64,000 bases of DNA from positions 50,611 through 114,610 of the forward strand of contig JAPOQA010000031.1 in the NCBI GenBank assembly GCA_026710945.1, in the 5' to 3' direction. This DNA is from Chloroflexota bacterium. Its GTDB lineage: Bacteria > Chloroflexota > UBA11872 > VXOZ01. The stretch's first letter is position 1; every line of letters begins with the position of its first letter. Shown one piece after another: positions 51,358 to 60,315 of this stretch. The notes under the pieces are model-generated. The model saw nothing but the letters and a program-made list of their open reading frames with translations. It did no database searches and was not told the DNA's origin. The position numbers and the translations under genes were made by a program.

Positions 51358-52366
51358 AGCGCTGCGTCTGCTCGTGCCAAGCAAGGGCCGCATTGGGGAG
51401 CAAACACTGGATTTCTTCGCCAGGTGCGGCCTTGACGTCGTGCGTCCAAATTCGCGCGCATATGAAGCGACGTTCCCGACAGTTCCCAACGTGGCGATCC
51501 TCTTTCAGCGCGCGTGGCAAATGGTCGAGCAAATTCGCAACGGTGACGCCGACGCCGGCATTACCGGCTTTGACATTCTGTCTGAAATGCGGCAAGAAGG
51601 CGACAATCTCGTGGTCGTCGCGGAAGACCTGGGGTACTCCCAGGGGAGACTCGCCATTGCGGTACCGGAGGAATGGATAGACGTTCGTACCTTGACCGAC
51701 CTTGCCGAAGTGGCGCTAGAGTTTCGCGAAAGAGGCCGGGTACTGCGCATTGCCACGACCTTTCCTTCCCAGACTCGCCAGTTTCTCTTCCAGCAGGGCA
51801 TCACGTACTTCCAGGTTGTGCAGGCCGAGGGCGGTCTGGAGGCGGCGCCGACTCTCGGCTATGCCGATATCATCGTTGACTTGGTTTCCACGGGCGCAAC
51901 GCTCAAAGACAACCGGCTCAAGATGATCGAACATGGGGTCATTTTGGAAACGCAGGCATGTCTTGTCGGAAATCGAGAACGACTGCGCGCGAGCGCTGCC
52001 AAGCGGGAGGCGCTGCGGCAGATCCTGGAACACATAGAAGCTTCGCAAAGCGCCGAACCATACTCGACGCTTACCGCAAACATGCAAGGAGACTCTGCAG
52101 AGGCAATCGCGGCCAAGCTAGCGGCATTTCCGGAAGTCGGCGGTCTGCTCGGCCCAACAATTGCTCGAGTATTTGCCAGAGATGAGCAGGACGATTCGTG
52201 GTTCGCGGTAACCGTCCAGGTAAAGTCCAAGGACTTGCTCTCTGCTGTGGCAAGCTTGCGGCAAGCGGATTGTATGAGCGTCTCCGTTACCTCTCCGCAC
52301 TACATCTTTGCGCGGGAGAGTTCCCTTTACCGCGGCCTTCTCCAGACACTGAAATTGGAAGAATGA
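51350..52366 (+). CDS. hisG: ATP phosphoribosyltransferase, long form with C-terminal regulatory domain
   Basis: ORF 51272..52366; start at MAEALRLLVPSKGR; motifs DAGITGFD and DLVSTGATLKDN; C-terminal HisG_C-like ~90 aa. Confidence 0.85.
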   Translation: MAEALRLLVPSKGRIGEQTLDFFARCGLDVVRPNSRAYEATFPTVPNVAILFQRAWQMVEQIRNGDADAGITGFDILSEMRQEGDNLVVVAEDLGYSQGRLAIAVPEEWIDVRTLTDLAEVALEFRERGRVLRIATTFPSQTRQFLFQQGITYFQVVQAEGGLEAAPTLGYADIIVDLVSTGATLKDNRLKMIEHGVILETQACLVGNRERLRASAAKREALRQILEHIEASQSAEPYSTLTANMQGDSAEAIAAKLAAFPEVGGLLGPTIARVFARDEQDDSWFAVTVQVKSKDLLSAVASLRQADCMSVSVTSPHYIFARESSLYRGLLQTLKLEE

Positions 52367-52510
52367 GCAGCAGCGCTATCGCTGCGGGAAACGTCCGTGA
52401 GCATAAGGCCGAATTGGACAAGAGCCGTGGCTGTGAAACAAGCAGTAATCAAGCGTCGCAGATTTGGGATATAGTGTACGGTATTGCAATGAAGATGCGT
52501 AAAACGCAAA

Positions 52511-52540
52511 CCGTCATTCCCGCTTCCGCGGGAATCCATC
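52511..52540. repeat. REP-like hairpin (gtcattcccgcttccgcgggaatcc family), inverted relative to the copies in the 35.2-35.6 kb array
   Basis: ccgtcattcccgcttccgcgggaatccatc; it generates the spurious '...VIPASAGIH...' reading frame of ORF 52198..52680. Confidence 0.5.
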
Positions 52541-52672
52541 GTGTCTCTTTGCAAGACACTAGTCCCGCTGGAGCGATGGCGACAAACCAATCAACCTCTC
52601 TGGCCGTTGCAAACCGGCCGGCGCGGGACAGACCTAAAACCACGCACATGAAAGACAGGGTAGCTGCATCAA

Positions 52673-53566
52673 ATGTTTGACATTGTCGGCCGCAGGAAGT
52701 GGGCTTACGTTGTATCAGCGGTAATAATCGTTCCGAGTATTCTTTCGCTCATCTTCTTCCGCTTGCAACCAGGTATCGACTTTTCTGGCGGTACTATCTA
52801 TGAACTACGCTTCGACGCCACACCAACTACCGAGGAAATCAAGCGCGTCTACCTGAGCCTCAATCTTGGCGAGCCACTTGTGCAGGCGACAGGTGAGGGC
52901 ACGGTCATTATCCGTTCAAAGGAACTTGGGCTGGAGGATAAGCAAGCCGTGCGCGGCGCTCTGGAAGAGGTAAACGGCCAAGCTGAGGAGCTGCGCTTCG
53001 AAGCTGTGGGACCCGTGATCGCCCGGGAACTCACCCAGAGAGCCATTCTCGCGGTGCTGGTAGCATCAGTGGGTATTCTTGTGTACATCACGTGGGCGTT
53101 TCGCCACGTACCCCAACCTTTCCGCTATGGCGTCTGCGCGATCTGCGCGCTTGTCCACGATGTATTGATCGTGTTGGGCGTATTCTCCGTGCTGGGTTTC
53201 CTGGTCAATAAAGAGATCGACTCTATGTTCATTACGGCCATTCTCACCGCCATCGGCTATTCGGTGCACGATACGATCGTGGTCTTCGACCGTGTGCGTG
53301 AGAATCGCTCCAAATATGCCTATGCGCCCCTTCCCACCGTCGTGAACTTCAGTGTCAATCAGACGATCGACCGCTCGTTGAACACGTCCATCACGTTGCT
53401 CATTACACTCTTTGCGCTTTACCTCTTTGGGGGTCTGGCCATCAAGGACTTCGTCCTGGCGCTCCTGATCGGCACGGCAACAGGTACCTATTCCTCGATC
53501 TTCATTGCCGCGAGCCTGCTGGTGGATTGGGACGTCTTCTCTCGGCGTCAGGTTGAGGCGTCGTAG
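52673..53566 (+). CDS. secF: protein translocase subunit SecF
   Basis: 297 aa; GIDFSGGT motif followed by a 6-TM domain. Confidence 0.9.
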   Translation: MFDIVGRRKWAYVVSAVIIVPSILSLIFFRLQPGIDFSGGTIYELRFDATPTTEEIKRVYLSLNLGEPLVQATGEGTVIIRSKELGLEDKQAVRGALEEVNGQAEELRFEAVGPVIARELTQRAILAVLVASVGILVYITWAFRHVPQPFRYGVCAICALVHDVLIVLGVFSVLGFLVNKEIDSMFITAILTAIGYSVHDTIVVFDRVRENRSKYAYAPLPTVVNFSVNQTIDRSLNTSITLLITLFALYLFGGLAIKDFVLALLIGTATGTYSSIFIAASLLVDWDVFSRRQVEAS

Positions 53567-53599
53567 ACCGCTTAGTGGTTCTACAACATTGCAACCACC

Positions 53600-53625
53600 G
53601 GTAGCGCAGGTTTGCAACCTGCGCC
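53600..53625. repeat. short palindromic REP-like element, same family as 18606 and 20032
   Basis: ggtagcgcaggtttgcaacctgcgcc lies 34 nt downstream of the secF stop. Confidence 0.55.
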
Positions 53626-53691
53626 GTTGCCCCGCGTTATCGGACAACAGCACCATGCGCAACTGCTCGCCAATACGACATTCTTGTTCTA

Positions 53692-54840
53692 CTAAGGCAC
53701 TGCAATGCGCGGCAGAGCCGGGTTGATGCGACTCACAATCTCGTAGTTGATCGTCCCAACGTGTGTCGCAATGTGTTCTGCCGGGATCTCCGTCCCCAGC
53801 AGCGTTACCTCATCGCCAACCTGGACCCCTGGAATGTCGGTTACGTCAATGAGTGTCATGTTCATCATGACGCGACCGACAACGGCTGCGAGCCTGCGGC
53901 GCACGGCAACTTTTCCCACATTCGACAGCTTGCGGTCATAGCCGTCAGAGTATCCCACAGGGATGACTGCTATGTTTGAATCGCGCCGCGTGCGATACGT
54001 GCGCCCATACCCCACGGTCTCGCCACGCGCCACGTTCTGTATGTGCACGATACGCGTCTTCCATTGCATGACGGGACGTAGCGTCAGGGGTTGCGCAGAG
54101 CGCTCTGTCATAGCGATCTTCGTGTCCAGCGACGGCCACAAGCCGTAGAGACCAATGCCGATGCGCGCCAACCTGCCGTGCGCGGCCGGCGCCACCACTG
54201 TCGCCGCCGTTGCCGCCATGTGCTGATATGTTACGCCCATCCCGGCGCGTGCCAAGGCCGCCTGCGCCTCCGCAAAACGGCTGATCTGCAATTGGAGATA
54301 GGAGTCATCAGCCGTATCTTCCGCCGTCGCAAAGTGGGTGTAGATGCCCTCGACCGTGAGATGAGGCAAGGACTGCAACTGCCGCAGAAACGGGAGCGCC
54401 TCCTGGAACCCAACGCCCAGCCGGTACGTGCCCGTCTCGATCTTCACGTGCACGGCGGCGGTCACGTTCTGCGCCACCGCGGCCTGTGCCAGACACGCGG
54501 CGGCGGCTTGATCGAAGACAACCTGCCGAAACCCGAGCCGCACGACCTCCGCGGCGCGGCTATGGGGGGTAAAGCCCATGATCAAGACCCGCAGCGGCCC
54601 GGCTCCGTGGCGCGTCGTAATCCCGTCGTTGTGCAACGCCAACGCTTCATCAAGTGTATTGACGCCGAGCCAATCGACATGAGCGGCGATGCTCCGAGCC
54701 ACAACGCGCAGTCCGTGGCCGTAGGCGTTGGCCTTGACAACAGCCAACAGAGAAGCCCCTGGGCTTAGCCGTTGTCTGAACGCGGTGATATTGTGCCACA
54801 GCGCGCCGCGGCTGATCTCTATCCAGGTAAGGGGTTCCAT
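53692..54840 (-). CDS. alr: alanine racemase
   Basis: 382 aa; PLP-lysine motif AVVKANAYGHG; C-terminal beta domain. Confidence 0.85.
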   Translation of the reverse strand: MEPLTWIEISRGALWHNITAFRQRLSPGASLLAVVKANAYGHGLRVVARSIAAHVDWLGVNTLDEALALHNDGITTRHGAGPLRVLIMGFTPHSRAAEVVRLGFRQVVFDQAAAACLAQAAVAQNVTAAVHVKIETGTYRLGVGFQEALPFLRQLQSLPHLTVEGIYTHFATAEDTADDSYLQLQISRFAEAQAALARAGMGVTYQHMAATAATVVAPAAHGRLARIGIGLYGLWPSLDTKIAMTERSAQPLTLRPVMQWKTRIVHIQNVARGETVGYGRTYRTRRDSNIAVIPVGYSDGYDRKLSNVGKVAVRRRLAAVVGRVMMNMTLIDVTDIPGVQVGDEVTLLGTEIPAEHIATHVGTINYEIVSRINPALPRIAVP

Positions 54841-54904
54841 AGTCTAAGCATCCAGACTCGGTTGATGTACTCTTGCCAGTGCCGGCTCAAGCCTCGCCAA
54901 CAAG

Positions 54905-54945
54905 CTGTAGCGCGGGGACTTGTCCCCCGCTTCTTGGCGCATAAG
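54905..54945. repeat. solitary copy of the array hairpin, gtagcgcggggacttgtcccccgcttcttggcgcat
   Basis: Matches the first ~40 bp of the repeat unit at 35553 (gtagcgcgggggcttgtcccccgctcttggcacat); located between alr and the methyltransferase gene. Confidence 0.5.
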
Positions 54946-54987
54946 GTAAGGGCTGCCTCGGGCAAGGGGATTAGGGGAGACGCGATC

Positions 54988-55776
54988 CTAGGCTCTCACG
55001 CCGCTGAGGACGATCTCGTGTCGAGTCAAGAGAAGGTCTTCACCAACGCGCTGTGGCGAGAGACCAGCCAGGTCACCTTCCAGCCCGTCCCAGAGCATTT
55101 TCCTCGCAATTTCGCGGTTCTCATCAGTGGTGTTGGCGGTCTCGAACCATTCACTGGCCAGCATTTCCCGCTTCAGCAGGCGCGCGTCTCGCACCGGGCA
55201 GCCAACGTCCGCCATCATCCGGCTCAATTGACTCTCGCTGAACGCCTGTACGTGGGAGTGCCCACGCAAGCGCTCCATGCGGTTGAAGTACGCCGCTTTC
55301 TGCGGGTCTTCCGGCATGCCGAACTCGCCAATAACCAGCCGGCCTCCCGGCGCGAGCACACGCGCCATTTCTTGCATAGCCGGTATGGCATGCGTAAAGT
55401 GATGAACGCTAAAGCGGCATGTCACAACGCTGAACATCCCATCGGCAAACGGTAAGCGCGTCGCATCAGCCGCCGCAAAAGATATTTGCCCGTCACTTGC
55501 CACCGCGCCGTCCGTCTCTTGTTGCTCCGCGGCGCGGGCAAGCATGGCGGCCGTGAAGTCCACGCCAATGACTGAGCCGCTTCCCGTGATTTCCGCGGCA
55601 AGCGCAAACGCGACCAAGCCAGTGCCGGTTGCCACGTCAAGCGCGGTCGTGTCGGCTCCGGGCGTGGCCAAGGCGACCATCACCTCCACCGTGTCGCCCT
55701 GCCCGCCCGTATAGGATGCCGCCCGCTCCGTAAAGTGCTGTCGTACGTCCTGATCCGATGGTGCCTGTTCGCTCAT
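54988..55776 (-). CDS. class I SAM-dependent methyltransferase (UbiE/COQ5-like, type 11)
   Basis: 262 aa; motif I LDVATGTGLVAFALA; acidic loop and motif II/III in order. Confidence 0.7.
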   Translation of the reverse strand: MSEQAPSDQDVRQHFTERAASYTGGQGDTVEVMVALATPGADTTALDVATGTGLVAFALAAEITGSGSVIGVDFTAAMLARAAEQQETDGAVASDGQISFAAADATRLPFADGMFSVVTCRFSVHHFTHAIPAMQEMARVLAPGGRLVIGEFGMPEDPQKAAYFNRMERLRGHSHVQAFSESQLSRMMADVGCPVRDARLLKREMLASEWFETANTTDENREIARKMLWDGLEGDLAGLSPQRVGEDLLLTRHEIVLSGVRA

Positions 55777-56001
55777 GTGCGATCTCCCAGATTCTATCGT
55801 TATGTCAACAGCAGTGGCGCGGCAATTTGCTTCGGCTCACCTACCTCGCAACAACTGCCACCTCACCGCCGCAAGGACGCCGAAATCTTGCCGGAGACTT
55901 CCACTGCTGGCTCTAGCCTATCACGGCTCCACAGTCACGTCAGCTGACCCATTTTGTTCCCAACAAACCACTATGCAGCGCACGACGCAGGAACGGATTG
56001 G

Positions 56002-56880
56002 TTACGGCGCCTCAGCGAGTTTCCTCTGCTCATCGGCAAGAAACGGCGGTTCGGCTGCGCCCACGTTTGCCTCAAGTTCCTCCGTGTTCATCATGCCGGT
56101 GATGCACGCCGCCACGTGCGGATAGGAGAGCACGAACTTGATCGCGGCTGCGTGCAGGGACTCAACCGGCGGCTTGACGAGCGCCGCCGTCAGGCGTTCC
56201 ACAGTTGCCGCGTCCTGAAAAAGCCGCCCGGAAGCAAAAGGCGACCGCGCCAACACGCCAACCCCTTTCTCCGCGCAGAGCGGAAAGAGCTCTGCCGCCG
56301 CCTCTTGCAGCGCCACGCTATACGAGACCTCAACCACGTCTGCGTAGCCCTGCCGCACGGCCTCCAGGCAGGCCGCTACGGAAGACGAAAGCCCAATGCT
56401 GCGCACCTTGCCGGCCTGTTTCAGTTCGCGCAGCGTCTCCCAGGGTTCTTCGCGTTTGACTACGTCCACCGGCGGATCGTGCAGGAGATACGCGTCAATG
56501 TAGTCGGTCTGCAAGCGGCGCAGGCTCAGTTCACATTCGTGGCGAATGTACCACGGCTCATAGCATTGCGGCTGGGGCACGCCCCGCTGTTGAAAGAGCG
56601 CCTGCGCTCCATCTATGCCCACCAGGTAGCCCGCCTTCGTGATGAGCACCGTGTCTGCGCGCCGCCCGCGCAATGCTTCGCCCAGAATTACTTCCGAGCG
56701 ACCGTTGCCGTAAGCGTCGGAGGCGTCATAGGTGGTGACACCGAGATCCAGGGCGCGATGCAGGATTTCGACGCTATCTTCGGCATCTATCGGTCCCCAC
56801 CAGAGCCCGCCGAGTTCCCAGGTTCCCAACGCGAAGGCTGAGACATCGATGCCGGTTGTGCCTAGTTTGCGCGTTTCCAT
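56002..56880 (-). CDS. aldo/keto reductase
   Basis: 292 aa; LGTWELGG, DASDAYGNGRSEVILGEAL, IGLSS AKR signatures. Confidence 0.8.
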   Translation of the reverse strand: METRKLGTTGIDVSAFALGTWELGGLWWGPIDAEDSVEILHRALDLGVTTYDASDAYGNGRSEVILGEALRGRRADTVLITKAGYLVGIDGAQALFQQRGVPQPQCYEPWYIRHECELSLRRLQTDYIDAYLLHDPPVDVVKREEPWETLRELKQAGKVRSIGLSSSVAACLEAVRQGYADVVEVSYSVALQEAAAELFPLCAEKGVGVLARSPFASGRLFQDAATVERLTAALVKPPVESLHAAAIKFVLSYPHVAACITGMMNTEELEANVGAAEPPFLADEQRKLAEAP

Positions 56881-57069
56881 TGGCGCTCTCCTCTATTCCA
56901 TTAGGAGCCAACCTACGACTAGCCATTGCCACCTCACTGCGAGTAGTATACGCGAGACCACCAACAAGAGTGTCCAATCCCAAACTCACCGCTTCTTAAA
57001 TTCCTATGAGTAGACTTGAGCCTGGAATATAGAGATATGATTGTCAACCATGCAAGGCTATTCCCGGCA

Positions 57070-57356
57070 TGTCATTCTTGTAAATGTCAGGTAATTCGTT
57101 GACAGATTTGGCACAAGAAACATGGGAGTAGAACTCTGTGCTCACCTACACACATGTCATTCCGAACGGAGCGTAGCGGAGTGTCGCTCTTAGCGCGGAA
57201 TCTAGAGTGCTGAGGCCGTGAAAGTGTGTTGAGCAGGGACCCTAGATTCCGCGAACCCTGTTCGACGCTACGCTCGGAATGACAAGGCCTTGTAGCGCTT
57301 TCTTCGGGAAAGCAAATTCTGTCAACGAATTACTCAACACTTACAATTCTGAGGAG
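57070..57356 (-). mobile_element. ~290-bp complex palindromic MITE-like element, copy 2 (inverted relative to copy 1)
   Basis: The reverse complement aligns end-to-end with 12626-12912, including TIRs and the central gtcattccg...cggaatgac palindrome; located in the divergent AKR/GMC intergenic region. Confidence 0.6.
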
Positions 57357-57628
57357 CGCAGCGACGAAGAATTTCGTGTGCGGGATGCTTAGATTCCACG
57401 AACCCAGTTTGAAGCTGCGTTTGGAATAACTAGAGATGCGGCCCAGCGGGGATATCAAATCCTTATCTACTCATTCCGACCGCAGAGACCATTTCTTAGT
57501 TCTATGGATTCTGTTACACTTGCACCACTTGTGGTACGAGACGGGACTGATAGTTTGGTTTTATGCCCGATAGTTAAGGCAAGACACCAGCCTCAATCTA
57601 AGCGCACAATCTGCAAAGGAACGCTCGC

Positions 57629-59245
57629 GTGGCGCAATCGCATGACGTTGCAGATGTCCTAATCATCGGTGCCGGCGCGTCCGGCGCGGCGGCAGCGTGG
57701 TCATTGGCGTCGGGTGGACTTGACGTGGTCTGCCTGGAGCAAGGCGACTGGGTCGATCCTGCGGACTACCCTCATAGCAGTGTCGATTGGGAATTGCACC
57801 GGCAGACTGACTTCGCCAAAGATCCCAACGCGCGGCAGCGTCCGGAGGACTACCCCCTCAACAACGATGACACCCCCATTACGCCGCTCATGTTCAATGC
57901 CGTTGGCGGCAGCACCATCCACTGGAGCGGTCACTTTCCGCGCTTCCGGCCCTCTGATTTCCGCGTAAAGACGCTGGACGGCGTTGCCGACGACTGGCCT
58001 GTGACGTATGGGGACCTCGCGCCGTATTACGAGCAGAACGATGCCAACATCGGCGTTTCGGGTCTGAACGGTGACCCCGCCAATCCGGAGCGCACGCCCC
58101 GCCAAACGCCGCCACTCGGTCTCGATGCCGCTACCAAGGCTTATGTTCGCGGCTTGGAAAAGCTGGGCTGGCACTGGTGGCCGACTGACAACGCCCTCAT
58201 TACTGCGCCCTTTGGCGAAGGGCGGCAGGAGTGCAATTACTGCGGGCCGTGCGACATGGGGTGTCCGCGCGGCGCCATGTCCAGTGCCCACGTGACGTAC
58301 TGGCCGATGGCTCTGGCGAAGGGAGTGCGCCTCATCACTCGCGCGCGGGTGCGGGAGATCACCGTGGACCGGCGTGGCCGTGCCAGCGGCGCCGTGTACT
58401 ACACGGCAGATGGCGGCATTGCTCAACAACGCGCGCGGGTCGTCATCGTCGCGTGCAACGGGGTGGGCACGCCGCGGCTGCTGCTCAACTCAGTGTCCAG
58501 TCTCTTCCCACACGGCCTCGCCAACTCAAGCGGTCTCGTCGGCACGCACCTCATGTTCCATCCCGTGACATTTGTGACTGGCGTTTTTGCCGAACCGTTG
58601 AACGGTTACGTGGGCCCACTCGGCATGGTTCTTCACTGTCAGGAATTCTATGAGACTGATACAAGCAGAGGCTATGTGCGTGGATTTCAACTCCAGATGG
58701 GTCGAGAGAGCGGCCCTCTCTCCACAGCTCTTGGCAACTTTCCCGGTGAAAAGATCCCGTGGGGCTCGGAACACCATCGCGTACAACGCGAGCGCAGCGC
58801 TCACACGCTTACGATCGGCGTCATGATCGAAGACCTGCCCGAGGCGCAAAATCGTGTTGAAATTGATGCCACCCTGACGGACAGCAATGGCATTCCGGCA
58901 CCGAGGATTGTGTACAAAGTGAGTGAGAACAGCAGAAGGAGTCTGGATTACGCCATTGCGCGGGCGCGGGACCTTGTGGACGCCGCGGGCGCCACACAGG
59001 TATTGAACCAACCGCTTACGCGGGAAACGGGGTGGCACTTGATGGGCACCGCGCGCATGGGCAATGATCCCGCCAATTCGGTTGTAGACCGATACGGACG
59101 CGCCCACGACGTGCCCAATCTCTTCATCGTGGACGGGAGTCTTTTTGTCACGTCCGCTGCGGTCAACCCGACCAGTACAATCCAGGCCCTGGCGCTCCAC
59201 GTCTCCGACTGGTTGAAGCATAACTTCCGGGAAGTGGCATCATGA
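57629..59245 (+). CDS. GMC-family FAD-dependent oxidoreductase (large subunit of gluconate/sorbitol 2-dehydrogenase type)
   Basis: 538 aa; GTG start; N-terminal FAD motif VLIIGAGASGAAAAWSLA; C-terminal GMC_oxred_C-like region. Confidence 0.8.
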   Translation: MAQSHDVADVLIIGAGASGAAAAWSLASGGLDVVCLEQGDWVDPADYPHSSVDWELHRQTDFAKDPNARQRPEDYPLNNDDTPITPLMFNAVGGSTIHWSGHFPRFRPSDFRVKTLDGVADDWPVTYGDLAPYYEQNDANIGVSGLNGDPANPERTPRQTPPLGLDAATKAYVRGLEKLGWHWWPTDNALITAPFGEGRQECNYCGPCDMGCPRGAMSSAHVTYWPMALAKGVRLITRARVREITVDRRGRASGAVYYTADGGIAQQRARVVIVACNGVGTPRLLLNSVSSLFPHGLANSSGLVGTHLMFHPVTFVTGVFAEPLNGYVGPLGMVLHCQEFYETDTSRGYVRGFQLQMGRESGPLSTALGNFPGEKIPWGSEHHRVQRERSAHTLTIGVMIEDLPEAQNRVEIDATLTDSNGIPAPRIVYKVSENSRRSLDYAIARARDLVDAAGATQVLNQPLTRETGWHLMGTARMGNDPANSVVDRYGRAHDVPNLFIVDGSLFVTSAAVNPTSTIQALALHVSDWLKHNFREVAS

Positions 59246-59745
59246 GCAAACAACACGTTGATGGTGAGATTCTCACTAAGGAACAGCTAGCGCTCCTGGC
59301 AGCGATTCAAAACCGGTTGATACCCGCGCAGGACGAGATGCCGGGGGCAGGCGACGCAGGATGCGCCAGCATGCTCGATCGCTTTCTCAGCGAGCGCGCT
59401 GCACTGCGCCGTCCCATACTTGCCGCGCTGAACGCTATCGAGGCGGCAGCCGGCGAGCGACGGCAGGCATCCGCTGTAGACGATGCCGCATCCACGTATG
59501 TTGCATTCCTAGCGCTTTCCAATGCTGAACGTGACGAGGTGCTCCGTGCCGTTGAATTGGCGCACGAGGACCTCTTTTCTACCTTGTTGAATCAAACGTA
59601 CACCGCCTACTACACAAATCCCGCCGTGCTGCTCGTTCTCGGCTGGAATCCACCGCAGCCGGAAGGGTTTCCCACCCCACCGCCCTTCGACGAAGCGCTC
59701 CTGGCCAACGTGAAGCAACGCGGCAAGATTTGGCGGGACGCGTGA
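59242..59745 (+). CDS. gluconate 2-dehydrogenase subunit 3-family small subunit
   Basis: 167 aa; ATGA overlap with the GMC gene; the small partner typical of this GMC subfamily; no TAT motif seen. Confidence 0.55.
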   Translation: MSKQHVDGEILTKEQLALLAAIQNRLIPAQDEMPGAGDAGCASMLDRFLSERAALRRPILAALNAIEAAAGERRQASAVDDAASTYVAFLALSNAERDEVLRAVELAHEDLFSTLLNQTYTAYYTNPAVLLVLGWNPPQPEGFPTPPPFDEALLANVKQRGKIWRDA

Positions 59746-59920
59746 CGGCACATCTGGTTGGGAAGACCGCGGACCATGCCGTCAACACGACCGCACTTGG
59801 GCAGTACTCGGCGACCAAACGTAGTCTATTCGTGCTGGCGCCGCGACCTTCGATTGGGACCAGCCTCTATAGATTCGGCCCCAGGCTTTAGGAGAGTCGG
59901 CCACAGGCTTTAGATTTACT

Positions 59921-60171
59921 CCCTCTCCTTGGGAGGCCGTCTCATAATTCCGCTACAGAGCACGGTAGGTAAAATGAGGAACGCAACCAAGTGGCGGATC
60001 GTATTGACAGAGTGGTAACAGTGATGGAACCGGTAGCTTGAAAGCTTGATGCGACGCCCAGAAAGCAACAAACGTCTATCTCAAGACCTCGCTTAGCCTC
60101 TCTGCACGGCAGGATACTTCGGTAAGGCCAATTATGAGACAGCCTCTTGGGGAGAGGGTCGGGGTGAGGGG
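59921..60171. repeat. MITE/REP-like element, second member of the GGGAGAGGGTCGGGGTGAGGGG-ended family
   Basis: Left end ccctctccttgggaggccgtctcataatt is the imperfect inverted repeat of the right end aattatgagacagcctcttggggagaggg; the right 40 bp are ~95% identical to 11771-11809. Confidence 0.45.
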
Positions 60172-60315
60172 TTCCCGGCCTTTCCAGTCTTCCATGCCCG
60201 GCAATGGATACGTAAGTACTCCCAGATGGATATTCCTGTGGAGAGAGCCCCAAGAAGTGGCCGGCTTCTGCCCGCTCTGCATGGCACCCGCCAACTGTCT
60301 TCGCCGCCACCAACT

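Noticed and set aside
52198-52680. 160-aa ORF overlapping the end of hisG and the hisG-secF spacer
   Set aside because: Contains the classic repeat-derived peptide '...VIPASAGIH...' from the hairpin at 52511; out of frame with hisG; no homology features.
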